From the NCBI GenBank assembly GCA_044239605.1, contig JBIIBC010000005.1, positions 32,424-96,423 on the forward strand: a DNA stretch of 64,000 bases, given 5' to 3'. A model generated the notes under the pieces. The model was given only the letters and a program-made list of their open reading frames with translations, made no database searches and was not told the DNA's origin. The stretch comes from Bacteroidia bacterium. GTDB taxonomy: Bacteria > Bacteroidota > Bacteroidia > UKL13-3. A program made the position numbers and the translations under genes. Shown here one piece after another: positions 47,374-56,822 of this stretch. Position 1 is the first letter of the stretch. Each line of letters starts with the position of its first letter.

Positions 47374-48219
47374 ATGGATAATTTTACTAGTAATTTTTTA
47401 GAAATTAATAATATTAAACTGCATTTTTTGCATTACCCCAATGCCAATAAACCAATAATATTATTATTACATGGATTAACAGCCAATTGCCATGCCTTTG
47501 AAGGTCTGGTTAATAATGGTTTGAATAATAATTTTGAACTTATAATACCAGATTTAAGAGGCAGGGGATTAAGTAGTCATCCTGCTTTTGGGTACAGCTT
47601 TAAACTTCATGCTGAAGATATTATTGGATTAATAAAGCCTTTTACTAATCGTGAAATAATATTGATAGGGCATTCATTTGGTGGACTTTTATCTTCGTAT
47701 TTATGTTATTACTATCCTAATTATTTTAGTAAAATTATTTTTTTAGATGCCGCCCCCGAAATGAATCCAAAAACCCCATTAATGTTACAAACTTCGATGG
47801 GTAGACTTGATAAAAAATTTGAAAATAAGGAGGCATATTTCCACCAAGTAAAAAATGCTCCATACATTCATTTTTGGGATAATGACATGCAAACCTATTA
47901 TGATGCAGATATTGATATCAATGAAGATGGTACGGTGGAATCAAAATCAGATTTAGCACAAATAATTCAAATAGCCACTCATGTTAGTAAGGAGCCATTT
48001 GCCATGTACTTTAGTTCTATAAAAAAGGATACTTTGCTAATTAGTGCAGAAGGCGAGTATAACTTAAGTGAACCTATTTTACCTAGATACCTTGCTAGAA
48101 AGGCGGTTAACTTATTAAAAAAAGGAGAACTAAAAACTAGTGAGGGGAATCACCACACAATGTTATATGGCGAATTTGCGGTTGAAATTGTTAATTGGAT
48201 AAATCAATTTTTATCCTAA
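47374..48219 (+). CDS. alpha/beta hydrolase
   Basis: It has HGLTAN and the nucleophile elbow GHSFGG. I chose the start at MDNFTSNF. Confidence 0.8.
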   Translation: MDNFTSNFLEINNIKLHFLHYPNANKPIILLLHGLTANCHAFEGLVNNGLNNNFELIIPDLRGRGLSSHPAFGYSFKLHAEDIIGLIKPFTNREIILIGHSFGGLLSSYLCYYYPNYFSKIIFLDAAPEMNPKTPLMLQTSMGRLDKKFENKEAYFHQVKNAPYIHFWDNDMQTYYDADIDINEDGTVESKSDLAQIIQIATHVSKEPFAMYFSSIKKDTLLISAEGEYNLSEPILPRYLARKAVNLLKKGELKTSEGNHHTMLYGEFAVEIVNWINQFLS

Positions 48220-48726
48220 TAATTTTTCAATAGCTTGCTTAAGTTTTAGTGAATTAGGTTTGGTTACAGTGAAATAATAATCAACAACTTTACCATCCTT
48301 GTTCACTAGATATTTATGAAAATTCCATTTGGGATACATATTTACTGTTCCATTCAATCTTTTTTCACTTAAAAATTGATATAATGGGTGTGCACCAAGT
48401 CCTTTTACTTTTATTTTATTAAAAATAGTAAAAGTAGTATTGTATTTGGCATGACAATAATTTTCAATATTAACGCCACTTAAGGGTTCTTGAAATCCAA
48501 AATCATTACTTGGAAAAGCCAATACCTCAAACCCTCTATCTTTATATTCCCTATAAATTTCCTCCAATTCTTTGTATTGATCAGCATAACCACATTCACT
48601 TGCGGTGTTGACAATTAGCAGTACTTTTCCTTTGAATTTATCTAATAATACCTCCGCACCAAGTAAATTTTTTAATTTGAATTTATAAATATTTAATTGT
48701 TCTTTTTCACTTACTAACATATTCAT
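48211..48726 (-). CDS. glutathione peroxidase (Cys type)
   Basis: NTASECGY, FPSNDFGFQEP and WNFHKYL motifs are present. Confidence 0.9.
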   Translation of the reverse strand: MNMLVSEKEQLNIYKFKLKNLLGAEVLLDKFKGKVLLIVNTASECGYADQYKELEEIYREYKDRGFEVLAFPSNDFGFQEPLSGVNIENYCHAKYNTTFTIFNKIKVKGLGAHPLYQFLSEKRLNGTVNMYPKWNFHKYLVNKDGKVVDYYFTVTKPNSLKLKQAIEKLLG

Positions 48727-48836
48727 TACAACTAAATTGTTTTGTAAAAGTTTTATTGATTTCGAAAAAAATTACAATACAAATTATTTTCTACCATTTG
48801 CAATGTATATTCTTGTATTTAATAAAATTTATAAAT

Positions 48837-51431
48837 ATGATAAAAACCAATACCTTATTAAAGTTGCTATTTGTAATACCTGTACTATTTATTTCATTGA
48901 CGGTATTTACCACTTCAAGTAATCCACCTGCTGCCAATGCTGGAGAGCCTGCAGGAACAAACTGTACCTCGTGCCATTCGGGAACTGCAATTACAAGTGG
49001 AGCTAATTGGAATGCAATTACCATTAGTGGTTTACCACTAAATGGTTATGTTCCGGGTACAGTATACGCACTTACGGTTAGTGGTGGTGCTGCGGCCACA
49101 ACTAAAAACGGTTTTCAGGTTACTTGTTTAACCTCATCAAACACCAATGCAGGAAGTATGGCAGCAGGTACAGGAACTACAACTAGTTCAAGCAATGGTA
49201 AAACTTATATTTCGCATAGTCCATCAAGTACCAGTGGAACTTGGACATTTAATTGGACTGCACCTGCATCAGGAATAGGAACAGTTACATTTTATACTAG
49301 TTATAATGCTACAAATGCTGATGGAAATTTCAGTGGTGATTTAGTTTATACCAAATCATTTGCATTATCTCAATCCTTAACTAATCCTCCAACCGCAGTA
49401 ATAACTGCATCGAGTACAACAATATGTGTTGGCGACACTTTGTATTTGAGTGGAAGCGGTCAAAATAATCCTACTGGATATAGCTGGGTATTTGTTAATA
49501 GCAATCCAAGTTCTGCTAATACCAAGGATGTAAAACTTGTTTATACTTCAGCGGGAAACAGACAAGTTAGGTTAACCACTTCTAATGCAGACGGGAATTC
49601 ATCGCAAGTATCACAAACTATTCAAGTTATAGCTAAACCAACTGCTACCATAACTTCAAGTACTACAACCATATGTGGAAACGATTCAATAAACTTGCAA
49701 GCAAATACGGGAGCTGGACTAACCTATTTATGGACTCCTGGAAATTTTATCACTTCATCAATATACGTTAAAGATAGTTTAAGCTATAAAGTAAAAGTAA
49801 CGAATACAAGCGGTTGTTTTGCTACATCTACAAGTGTTAAGCCTAGCAAAGCTAGTTATCCTCAAGCCACTTTAGTTAGTAATAAAGACACCATCTGCAA
49901 TAGCGACAAAGTAATGTTTGATATAATAGGAAATGGATTTAGTGCTCAATATTTTGTGAACGACACCTCTGTACAAAACTCATTAAATTTGCTTTACGAG
50001 TTCAGTAGAAGCAATGCTGGAGTGTACAAAGTAGCAGCAAAAATTACAGCAGCAGGTTGTGCCACCAATTTACCAGCTAAATACATATCAGTTGAAAATC
50101 AACCAAGCGCACCAATTGTAAATTGTGGCAATAGCACATCAAATTCTATAGAATATACTTGGCAGCCTGTAGGTAATTTTACTAATTATGAAATTAGCTT
50201 AGATACCGGCAAAACTTGGGTAAATGCAAATGGAGGTAATCAATTATCGCATACCATAAACAATTTATTACCTAATACTACCAAAACTATTTGGGTTAGG
50301 GTTAAATCAAATGGCGTTTGCGGAAATGGATTAATTGCTACTAAAACCTGTGTAAATAATGGCTGCAATCCTATTAATAGTTTTTATAATTACAAACGTT
50401 TTGTTTGCCTTAGCGCTAATGAGTTAGTTACTACAACTCCTTTTGAGGTTAAAAATATTTCAAATCCTAAATACTTAATTCAATTCGAAACAGATTCAAT
50501 TACAAGTGCTTTTTCTCGCAATACCATTTTTAATATGCCGATAAAACCGGGTAATAATACTGTTAGGATAAAAATAAAAGACAGTATTGAAACAGGATGC
50601 CCTATTATTGATACTACTTTTACCATAAAAGGAAATAGAAACCCTGTAATTCCAAATATTACTAGTAATAAACCTAATGCAACTTATTGCAAAGGGCAAA
50701 ATATTATATTAACTGCTAATAGAGCAAACGGACTTAACTTGTTCTCGTTTTATCAATTAAATCCTACCAGAACACTATTACAAGCTGGATTTAGCAATGC
50801 AATTAACTTGACCAATAAATTGACTTTACAAAACACATTGATTAAAGCCACTGTAATTGATACAGCTACTTTTTGTGCCGATTCGTCAACTGTAATTACA
50901 GTAACTGAAAATCCCAATCCAATTGCTAATTTTAGTATTGAATATTTTAAGTCGGATTCAAATAACGTAAATAAAAACAGCGTAGTATTTACCAATTTAA
51001 CCACCGATTCGAATAATTATACTTGGCATTTTGGCGATGTTGCTAATAGTACAGCTAATAACAAAAACACTAGCTTTGTTTATACCAAAGGTGGTGTATT
51101 TTCAGCTTCACTAGTAGCTGTAAATTCTTTCGGCTGTAAAGATTCGGTAAGTAAATCTGTTACCATAACCAATACTGCTGTTAAAACTTTGTCAAATCAA
51201 TTAGGTGTTAAAATATATCCAAATCCTGCCAACGATTTTATTACTATTGAAACCAATGAAAATAGTAAAAATGCCGTTTATTATTTATTGGATATAAATG
51301 GTAAAACAATACAACATGAAGCCTTTAATAAATTTCAAACTATTGACATTACTTCATTACCTGCGGGTGTTTATTTTATTAAGTTAGCAATAGCTGAAAA
51401 AATAGTTTATGAAAAGTTTGTAAAAAACTAA
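48837..51431 (+). CDS. large T9SS-secreted surface protein (N-terminal CxxCH-containing domain, PKD/Ig-like repeats, type A CTD)
   Basis: The signal peptide begins at MIKTNTLLKLLF and CTSCH lies at 48963-48977. PKD-like repeats include YTWHFGD. The CTD is KIYPNPANDFITIE...GVYFIKL. Confidence 0.7.
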   Translation: MIKTNTLLKLLFVIPVLFISLTVFTTSSNPPAANAGEPAGTNCTSCHSGTAITSGANWNAITISGLPLNGYVPGTVYALTVSGGAAATTKNGFQVTCLTSSNTNAGSMAAGTGTTTSSSNGKTYISHSPSSTSGTWTFNWTAPASGIGTVTFYTSYNATNADGNFSGDLVYTKSFALSQSLTNPPTAVITASSTTICVGDTLYLSGSGQNNPTGYSWVFVNSNPSSANTKDVKLVYTSAGNRQVRLTTSNADGNSSQVSQTIQVIAKPTATITSSTTTICGNDSINLQANTGAGLTYLWTPGNFITSSIYVKDSLSYKVKVTNTSGCFATSTSVKPSKASYPQATLVSNKDTICNSDKVMFDIIGNGFSAQYFVNDTSVQNSLNLLYEFSRSNAGVYKVAAKITAAGCATNLPAKYISVENQPSAPIVNCGNSTSNSIEYTWQPVGNFTNYEISLDTGKTWVNANGGNQLSHTINNLLPNTTKTIWVRVKSNGVCGNGLIATKTCVNNGCNPINSFYNYKRFVCLSANELVTTTPFEVKNISNPKYLIQFETDSITSAFSRNTIFNMPIKPGNNTVRIKIKDSIETGCPIIDTTFTIKGNRNPVIPNITSNKPNATYCKGQNIILTANRANGLNLFSFYQLNPTRTLLQAGFSNAINLTNKLTLQNTLIKATVIDTATFCADSSTVITVTENPNPIANFSIEYFKSDSNNVNKNSVVFTNLTTDSNNYTWHFGDVANSTANNKNTSFVYTKGGVFSASLVAVNSFGCKDSVSKSVTITNTAVKTLSNQLGVKIYPNPANDFITIETNENSKNAVYYLLDINGKTIQHEAFNKFQTIDITSLPAGVYFIKLAIAEKIVYEKFVKN

Positions 51432-51463
51432 AGAAAAAATACAATAACAATTTATCAAAGCAA

Positions 51464-51504
51464 AAAGCCCTTTCAAAATTTATTTTGTTAGGGCTTTTTT
51501 ATTT
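51464..51504 (+). terminator. weak terminator-like hairpin
   Basis: The stem AGCCCT/AGGGCT has a long loop and is followed by a T-run. Confidence 0.4.
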
Positions 51505-51518
51505 TATAACCTTGCAAA

Positions 51519-52343
51519 ATGCAAAGCGGCCCTATAGGTATATTCGATTCAGGTTACGGTGGTTTAACTGTAATGAAAGAAATTGTTGAAACGTTGCCAC
51601 AATACGATTATGTTTATTTGGGCGATAATGCACGTGCTCCTTATGGAAACCGTAGTTTTGAAACAGTGTATGAATATACTTTGCAGTGTGTAAATGCCCT
51701 TTTTAACAAAGGCTGCAAATTGGTAATTTTAGCTTGTAATACGGCATCTGCTAAAGCCCTGCGCAATATTCAGCAACGCGATTTACCATTAATGGATAGT
51801 CGCCTCCGAGTATTAGGTGTTATTAGGCCCACTACCGAACTAATTGGTACTTTTAGTAAAACAAAACAAGTAGGAGTTTTGGCTACTTTAGGCACTGTTA
51901 CTTCCAACTCCTACCCTATTGAAATTGAAAAGTTTTTTCCTGAAATAACTGTTCATCAGCAGGCATGTCCCATTTGGGTTCCGCTTATTGAAAACAATGA
52001 GTTTGATAACCCTGGCGCAGACTTTTTTATTCAAAAACACCTAAACCAACTCATGGCTAAATCGGCCGATATTGATACCATTTTGTTAGGTTGTACACAC
52101 TACCCTTTATTGCAAGATAAAATCAAAGCACTTTTGCCCGATGGAATAAATTTACTAAGCCAAGGTAAAATAGTAGCCAATAGCCTAACACAATATTTAG
52201 AGCGACATTCTGCTTTAGAAAATCTTTGTAGTAAAAATGGTAAAATGGCTTTTTATACTACCGATTCCACAGAAATATTTGACCAACAAGCCGAAATATT
52301 TTTTGGCAAAAAACTTAAAAGCGAATACCTACATATTGATTGA
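51519..52343 (+). CDS. murI: glutamate racemase
   Basis: IGIFDSGYGGLTV, LACNTAS and GCTHYP motifs are present. Confidence 0.9.
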   Translation: MQSGPIGIFDSGYGGLTVMKEIVETLPQYDYVYLGDNARAPYGNRSFETVYEYTLQCVNALFNKGCKLVILACNTASAKALRNIQQRDLPLMDSRLRVLGVIRPTTELIGTFSKTKQVGVLATLGTVTSNSYPIEIEKFFPEITVHQQACPIWVPLIENNEFDNPGADFFIQKHLNQLMAKSADIDTILLGCTHYPLLQDKIKALLPDGINLLSQGKIVANSLTQYLERHSALENLCSKNGKMAFYTTDSTEIFDQQAEIFFGKKLKSEYLHID

Positions 52344-52466
52344 TTTAACGATTTTTCGATTTGGAGATTGTCAAATTGTTGGATTAATTGTTGTTCATTA
52401 CTCGTTGTTCGTTGTCCGATGCTCGTTATTTTCCAATTGCCTATTGCAAATTGCTTATTCCCTCAA

Positions 52467-52489
52467 GTCATGCCGTAGGCATCTTCCTT
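52467..52489. repeat. second copy of GTCATnCCGTAGGnATCTTCCTT hairpin motif
   Basis: It matches 5522-5544 at 21/23 positions. The two differences (T to G, A to C) preserve the ATnCC-GTA-GGnAT palindrome. Confidence 0.5.
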
Positions 52490-52791
52490 AACTAACTAAT
52501 AGCTTTCCATTATCTGCTTGCCTAGATTAGTATTCTACCCTTTTGCGCCCATGTTGAATTTAGCAAAGCAACACCAACATGAATTCTGCCCATTTAAGTG
52601 TTTTAACTTTGCGATACCAACAAAAAACTATTGAATTATTTTTTCTTTTCAATATTCCAAAAACAGTATTTGCTTTTTAAATTAATTTTCGAGTGTTTTG
52701 ATATATTGTAAATTGATAAGGGAAAAGTGGTTTGTCAAGCTTCGCTTAACACAACAATATCAATATTAAACCTTTTAGTCCTGTAAATACC

Positions 52792-53538
52792 ATGAGTAAA
52801 ATGAATAAATTTTTGATCTTAATTTTATGCACTTGCTCCTGTGGAATTTATAGACAAAATGTGGTGAATGTGCCTGCAATTACTCAGAAAGGCCAATTAC
52901 AATTGAGTGCGCACCAAAGTTTTAATGGAAGCGAAATTCATGGAAGTTATAGTGTAACAAACAATATTGCATTAATGGCCAATTATGGAAGTATAGGTAA
53001 TGACGAAGAAAATAACGCTAGTAATAAAATTGTTCAAAACCATTATTTCAAGGAAATTGGATTAGGTTTTTACAAGCCTTCTGCGCCAAATAATAATCAA
53101 ACCATTAAGGAAATTTTTGCCATAGCTGGCCAAGGTTATACTTCAAAATATACCGAAACTTTTGTAGGCTCAAAAACTAAATTTGATTCTAAAGAAGCCT
53201 ATTATGATAGATTAGGAATTCAAGTTGATTATGGCGTAAAGACCAATCAATCTTCATGGATTATTTCTCCAAGGTTGCTTTACGTAAACTATTATGGAAT
53301 AAAAGATACCGCTGCATTAATATTCAGGCAGCAGGCCAATTCATTTATAAGAGGTGAAGTTGCACTTACCTATCGTTACCATTTTAATCCATATTTTTCT
53401 TTATCGGGCCAATCCTGCATTATGGTTCCATTTACCGATTATTTAGATGATATTGTTTATGACGATTTTTCAGTATTAAATGCAAGTATTGGCTTGGCCT
53501 TTAATTTAAACCTATTTAAATTTAAGCCAAACAATTAA
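52792..53538 (+). CDS. hypothetical lipoprotein / outer-membrane protein
   Basis: It has a Cys-containing signal region (LILILCTCSCG) and a beta-rich sequence. I recognise no family. Confidence 0.4.
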   Translation: MSKMNKFLILILCTCSCGIYRQNVVNVPAITQKGQLQLSAHQSFNGSEIHGSYSVTNNIALMANYGSIGNDEENNASNKIVQNHYFKEIGLGFYKPSAPNNNQTIKEIFAIAGQGYTSKYTETFVGSKTKFDSKEAYYDRLGIQVDYGVKTNQSSWIISPRLLYVNYYGIKDTAALIFRQQANSFIRGEVALTYRYHFNPYFSLSGQSCIMVPFTDYLDDIVYDDFSVLNASIGLAFNLNLFKFKPNN

Positions 53539-53646
53539 ACTTTATCCAAACGTTTTTAAGTTTCTAAGGCACCCTCTCCTATTTTATTTATAATTAATTC
53601 TTTTTAGGCTAATTCTTTTTCATTTCTTTTTCTAAAAAAAATAATC

Positions 53647-53716
53647 TTTGCCTTTGGTCGGTGTTTTCACCGACCAATTCAAAGAGTAGGTTGGTGAAAT
53701 ACCGACCACAGGCAAA
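53647..53716 (+). repeat. 70-nt structured repeat, copy 1 (TTTGCCT...AGGCAAA termini, two internal hairpins)
   Basis: The first 53 nt match 49/53 with 54762-54814. The internal hairpins are GGTCGGTG-tttt-CACCGACC and GGTTGGT-gaaat-ACCGACC. Confidence 0.6.
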
Positions 53717-53825
53717 TACTGAACGAGGTAGAAGAATTAATAGTAAAATACAATGCTACTATACCTGCCCCAAAACCTAGACCTAAAAAACCGAAACACT
53801 AGTAACACCAGAAACTAAATAAACC

Positions 53826-53853
53826 AAAAAGCCTCTACATGGAGGCTTTTTTT
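53826..53853 (+). terminator. Rho-independent terminator with no intact gene upstream
   Basis: The stem AGCCTCT/GGAGGCT (7 bp including one G-T wobble) is followed by a T7 run. It lies after a stop-terminated 27-codon reading frame. Confidence 0.65.
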
Positions 53854-53893
53854 GTGAAATATATTTCATGAATTGGCGTTATATAATCCAATT

Positions 53894-54475
53894 ATGATAA
53901 AGACTATTTTCATCCTATTATTTATTTCTGCTGTTTCTATTGCCTCCGGACAATCTAATTTTTATAAAAAATTAGCAGATTCAGCTTTTACCTTAACAAA
54001 ACAAGTTGTTAGTTATGATCCAACTTACTTTCAAATTGACTATCCAAATGGTGATGTTCCAAATGGCAAAGGAGTATGCACTGATTTGGTAATTAGGGCT
54101 TACAGGAAATTTGGAATTGATTTGCAAAAAGAGGTTCATGAAGACATGAAAGCACACTTTTCAAAATATCCAACCAATTGGGGGCTAAGTAAGCCTGATA
54201 AAAACATTGACCATAGACGTGTTCCTAACTTAATGACTTTTTTTAAAAGAAATGGGACTTCCAAGCCCATAACAACAAACACTAACGATTATTTGCCGGG
54301 CGATTTAGTATGTTGGAACCTTGGAGGTTCAGTAACACATATTGGGATAATAGTGAATAGGAAATCTTTAGATGGTGAAAGATTTCTAATAGTTCATAAT
54401 ATTGGCGGTGGGCAATTAATGGAAGACTGTTTGTTTAGCTTTAAAATAATTGGACATTATCAATATAAAAAGTAA
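53894..54475 (+). CDS. DUF1287 domain protein
   Basis: The signal peptide begins at MIKTIFILLF. GVCTDLVIRAYRKFGIDLQKEVHEDM and NIDHRRVPNL motifs are present. Confidence 0.7.
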   Translation: MIKTIFILLFISAVSIASGQSNFYKKLADSAFTLTKQVVSYDPTYFQIDYPNGDVPNGKGVCTDLVIRAYRKFGIDLQKEVHEDMKAHFSKYPTNWGLSKPDKNIDHRRVPNLMTFFKRNGTSKPITTNTNDYLPGDLVCWNLGGSVTHIGIIVNRKSLDGERFLIVHNIGGGQLMEDCLFSFKIIGHYQYKK

Positions 54476-54685
54476 AGAACTTAGGTACATTCTATTTGAA
54501 ATGGCAGTCCTTTCTTAAATTTTTTATAGCTATAAAATCATTTTATGTTTGAATTAAAATTACTTTGTTTTTTTATCTTTTATTAGCATGTTTACCGAAC
54601 GTTTGTGAATGTTCTTGTAGTTCAGGAATTCATTCGATGATTTAAGATGCAATGTTAATTATCCAAATTGCAGAAATAAAATAGT

Positions 54686-54763
54686 ATGGAATTTAAAAAA
54701 TATAACTCAATAGAAAATTCTTATCAAGATGACTTTATTAGTTCAATAATTGAGCAGGGTTTT
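54686..54763 (+). pseudogene. N-terminal remnant (26 codons) of an Rnl2-like RNA ligase gene, truncated at repeat copy 2
   Basis: MEFKKYNSIENSYQDDFISSIIEQGF parallels the T4 Rnl2 N-terminus [25 protein letters not shown]. The frame then runs into the repeat and stops at 54848-54850 before reaching the expected nucleotidyl-transferase lysine motif. Confidence 0.45.
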
Positions 54764-54832
54764 TGCCTATGGTCGGTGTTTTCACCGATCAATTTAACGA
54801 GTAGGTTGGTGAAAACAACAACCTCAGGCAAA
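54762..54832 (+). repeat. 70-nt structured repeat, copy 2
   Basis: It has the same termini and first hairpin as copy 1. The second hairpin differs in sequence (GGTTG...CAACC) but can still pair. Confidence 0.6.
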
Positions 54833-54967
54833 GTGGTAATTACAAATTGAATTCAATAAAATTACTTTGTTTATTTTTTACAAATTGGTTTTATTCGGAA
54901 ATAATTGAGTTGCTCCGTGTCCTTCAAATTTTATAATTAAACTATATAAAAGTGTTTTAAAGTAACC

Positions 54968-55279
54968 ATGAAAATTAATACAAAAATGCCCAAGAAACTT
55001 GTTCCTTATTTTAACAAAGAACTTAACAATGCGGCTATTGCTTTTAAGTTAAAAAACTTCCATTTATGTTGGCAACATCTTGAAAGAGCTCACATTTTAG
55101 GCCAACCTTATCCTTTGGCTCATACCATTGTACATTATAAAATGTTGGTCTTTGGTGGTGTAAAATCATTTGTTGGGGAAATTCCAATAGGTAATACAGG
55201 TGGTGCAAATGTTCCACCGTTGAAGCCAATGCAAATACCTAAAGATTTGAGCCAAATTATTCATCAAACAAAAAAATAA
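54968..55279 (+). CDS. DUF3703 domain protein
   Basis: HLERAHILGQ and PIGNTGGANVPPLKPMQIP motifs are present. Confidence 0.6.
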   Translation: MKINTKMPKKLVPYFNKELNNAAIAFKLKNFHLCWQHLERAHILGQPYPLAHTIVHYKMLVFGGVKSFVGEIPIGNTGGANVPPLKPMQIPKDLSQIIHQTKK

Positions 55280-55310
55280 ATCAACCCCACACTTAAAATA
55301 ATAGAATAAT

Positions 55311-55832
55311 ATGAATTTAAGAAAGGCCACTTTTATAGAAATACCTGCTATTTGGGAAATATTACAGCAAGCTATTCAGCAAAGGAAGCTGGATGGTAGC
55401 GACCAATGGCAAAATGGTTATCCAAATGAACAGGTTATTCATAATGATATTTCGAATGGTTATGGGTATGTGCTAGTTGACAATAACATAATTATAGCTT
55501 ATGCGGCTATTATATTTGGTATTGAACCTGCTTACAATGATATAAAAGGAAAATGGCTAACCAATGGCGACTATTTGGCAATACATAGAGTGGCAACATC
55601 AAATGCAGTAAAAAGAAAAGGAGTTGCTACACATTTATTTAAGATGATAGAAGATTTATGTGTAAAGGAAAATGTTTATAGCATTAAGGTGGATACTAAT
55701 TTTGACAATATACCCATGCTCAAAATTTTTGATAAATTAAGTTATATTTATTGTGGTGAGGTTTTGCTAATGGGAGCACCCAGAAAAGCCTATGAAAAGG
55801 TAATTTCAGGAACCTTTACTTCTACAAAATGA
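55311..55832 (+). CDS. GNAT family N-acetyltransferase
   Basis: It has the acetyl-CoA binding motif VKRKGVATHLF. Confidence 0.8.
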   Translation: MNLRKATFIEIPAIWEILQQAIQQRKLDGSDQWQNGYPNEQVIHNDISNGYGYVLVDNNIIIAYAAIIFGIEPAYNDIKGKWLTNGDYLAIHRVATSNAVKRKGVATHLFKMIEDLCVKENVYSIKVDTNFDNIPMLKIFDKLSYIYCGEVLLMGAPRKAYEKVISGTFTSTK

Positions 55833-56123
55833 CAAAAAAGAAGTGTAAAATAATAATTGCGGCAGAGGGAAATATATTTAACACATAAATGGCAATTAAT
55901 TGAAATTAGAAATTAGATAAAGAAAATAATAAAAGAAAATATCCAAATGGTTGTTTTACCAATTCATTTATTGCTATTAAGGAGAAAACACTTTTTGTAT
56001 TTATGTAATTAATTTAAAAAAATCTTGAAATTTAAGTTCACTTTACAAACCCAAAAACCGAAATTCTATTTATGAATTATTTTATGATATTGTGAAATAA
56101 TTAACCCAAACTAAAGACCCAAA

Positions 56124-56822
56124 ATGAAAAGAACTTATAAACTCATCTTTATTTTATTCTTCTTTATCAATACAAGCGGTTTTGCTCAAACTAATACATT
56201 AAAGATAAATATAACTCCAACTTTTGGCAATTTGGTTTTGCAATTGGCTGATTCATTCTTTATAGCAAATGATTCTACTCAATTACAGGTTGATGTTTTG
56301 AAATTCTATATTTCTAAAGTTCAATTATTAAATGACGGGAAAATAGTATTGGAGGAGAAAAATAGTTTCCATTTGATAGATGCAAGCGAATTAAAATCGG
56401 TACTTTTACCAATTGAAAATAAAGAAAATATTCATTTTGATGAACTTAAATTTGATTTAGGAATAGACAGCACAACAAATGTTTCGGGTGCAATGGGTGG
56501 CGACCTTGACCCAACTAAGGGAATGTATTGGACTTGGCAAAGTGGCTACATTAATTTTAAACTAGAGGGTAAAAGTAAACTTTGCAAAACACGAAACAGT
56601 GAATTTCAATTTCATTTGGGAGGCTATCAGCAACCCAATTATTGTGTACAAACTTTGCGCTTCCAAATTACAAACTCAAGTGTGATAAATTTAAAATTAG
56701 ATTTGAAAAAAATATTTCAACAAATTGATTTAGCAAAAACAAATCATATTATGTCGCCCTGCTTGGAAGCCGTTTTACTTTCAAAAATAGTATCTAACTC
56801 ATTAACCGTAATAGAAAATTGA
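56124..56822 (+). CDS. mbnP: MbnP family periplasmic (copper-binding) protein
   Basis: It has a signal peptide and the motifs LKFYISKVQLL, GGDLDPTKGMYWTWQSGYINFKLEG and FQFHLGG. The partner peroxidase gene overlaps it by 4 nt. Confidence 0.6.
   Translation: MKRTYKLIFILFFFINTSGFAQTNTLKINITPTFGNLVLQLADSFFIANDSTQLQVDVLKFYISKVQLLNDGKIVLEEKNSFHLIDASELKSVLLPIENKENIHFDELKFDLGIDSTTNVSGAMGGDLDPTKGMYWTWQSGYINFKLEGKSKLCKTRNSEFQFHLGGYQQPNYCVQTLRFQITNSSVINLKLDLKKIFQQIDLAKTNHIMSPCLEAVLLSKIVSNSLTVIEN

Noticed and set aside
52237-52491. 84-aa plus-strand ORF running from the murI 3-prime end into the intergenic region
   Set aside because: It is out of frame with murI and continues into a cryptic-repeat tract. 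The translation (CSLFVVRCSLFSNCLLQIAY) simply reflects the simple-sequence DNA.
53647-53716. The 70-nt repeats as integron attC sites
   Set aside because: There are no RYYYAAC/GTTRRRY R-boxes, no integron integrase and only two copies. I kept them as a generic structured repeat instead.
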